From: Escherichia phage pinkbiff
Sequence record: MN850603.1
DNA: 64,000 bases
Strand: one strand, 5' to 3'
A program made the translations under genes and the position numbers. Numbering within the stretch: the stretch's first letter is position 1; each line of letters starts with the position of its first letter. A model generated the notes under the pieces. That model ran no database searches and was not told the origin of the DNA. It was given only the letters and a program-made list of their open reading frames with translations. Below, one piece after another: positions 63,450-64,000 of the stretch.

Positions 63450-63890
63450 ATGAATACAAAAGCATTAGCAGCAAAGTTTAGTTACGGTGACACTGTATCA
63501 CACTCTGAGATGGATACCTTCTTAGGTATTGTGAAGCCAACTTATCAAGGTGACATTGTTAAGTACGAAGATGAAATGAAGGCTTATGCGCTTACACGTC
63601 TAAACCGACTTGAGAAGTTTATTGAGAAGCTTCTTAAAGAAGAGAAGATTTATCTGGTTGCTTCAATGGGTGTTGGTTATCGTGTGGTTGAACCTAAGCA
63701 TCAAGCAACTATTGCAAAACGTAAAATGTCTGGTAAGATTGGTCGAGCTTTAAAGCAAGCCACTCAAGCAATTGAGAATGTGAACACTATGGCACTTAGC
63801 CATCAAGAACGTTCACGACTAATTGAACAGCAAAACCATTTAGCTGCTATGAAAGCTAACATTAACAAGCAACGTAGAAAGCCTTTCTAA
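63450..63890 (+). CDS. hypothetical protein (146 aa)
   Basis: ATG with GAAGGTAA SD. Confidence 0.55.
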   Translation: MNTKALAAKFSYGDTVSHSEMDTFLGIVKPTYQGDIVKYEDEMKAYALTRLNRLEKFIEKLLKEEKIYLVASMGVGYRVVEPKHQATIAKRKMSGKIGRALKQATQAIENVNTMALSHQERSRLIEQQNHLAAMKANINKQRRKPF

Positions 63891-63899
63891 GTTGACTAG

Positions 63900-63926
63900 G
63901 CAGCCTCTTCGGAGGCTCCTTTTTAA
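63900..63926 (+). terminator. rho-independent terminator
   Basis: gcctc-ttcg-gaggc hairpin followed by TCCTTTTT. Confidence 0.6.
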
Positions 63927-64000
63927 AAGGTCTTTAAGAGGGTCTTTTAATAAGGTATGGTTCGGTCAGGTAAGGTTAGGCGCTGTAAGGTGCGGTCTGG

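Overview
This window reads as DNA of a large virulent tailed phage, AT-rich, with no integrase or host housekeeping genes. By gene content it resembles FelixO1-/T4-/T5-type phages; that placement is inference from reading the sequence, since no searches could be run. Left to right: (1) a minus-strand packaging module, with a large terminase and the 5' part of a probable portal gene running off the window start; (2) a minus-strand cluster of about 27 tRNA genes (2796-7968) with two embedded ORFs, several structured spacers and a near-consensus sigma70-type promoter at its upstream end; (3) a vWA/MIDAS protein and a plus-strand operon that includes an Ig-like-repeat protein and a GH24 lysozyme; (4) a 1.6 kb gene-free iteron-rich region between convergent terminators; (5) an array of 12 small minus-strand genes separated by near-identical hairpin-containing cassettes; (6) a macro-domain protein, an overlapped spanin-like pair and rIIA/rIIB-like genes; (7) a NAMPT-family gene and a PRPP-synthetase-family gene split by an HNH homing endonuclease, which I read as a candidate NARP1-type NAD+ reconstitution (anti-defence) pair; (8) a nucleotide-metabolism block (nrdG, nrdD, glutaredoxin, nrdB, nrdA) in which nrdD is interrupted by a putative group I intron carrying an HNH gene; (9) a replication block (FEN/RNase H, SSB-like, primase-helicase, dNMP kinase, family A DNA polymerase, ATP-dependent ligase) with further homing endonucleases. 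The six-frame track uses TTG/GTG as well as ATG starts, so several CDS starts were moved to the first SD-preceded ATG. tRNA coordinates and isotypes come from manual cloverleaf folding and are approximate (a few nt).
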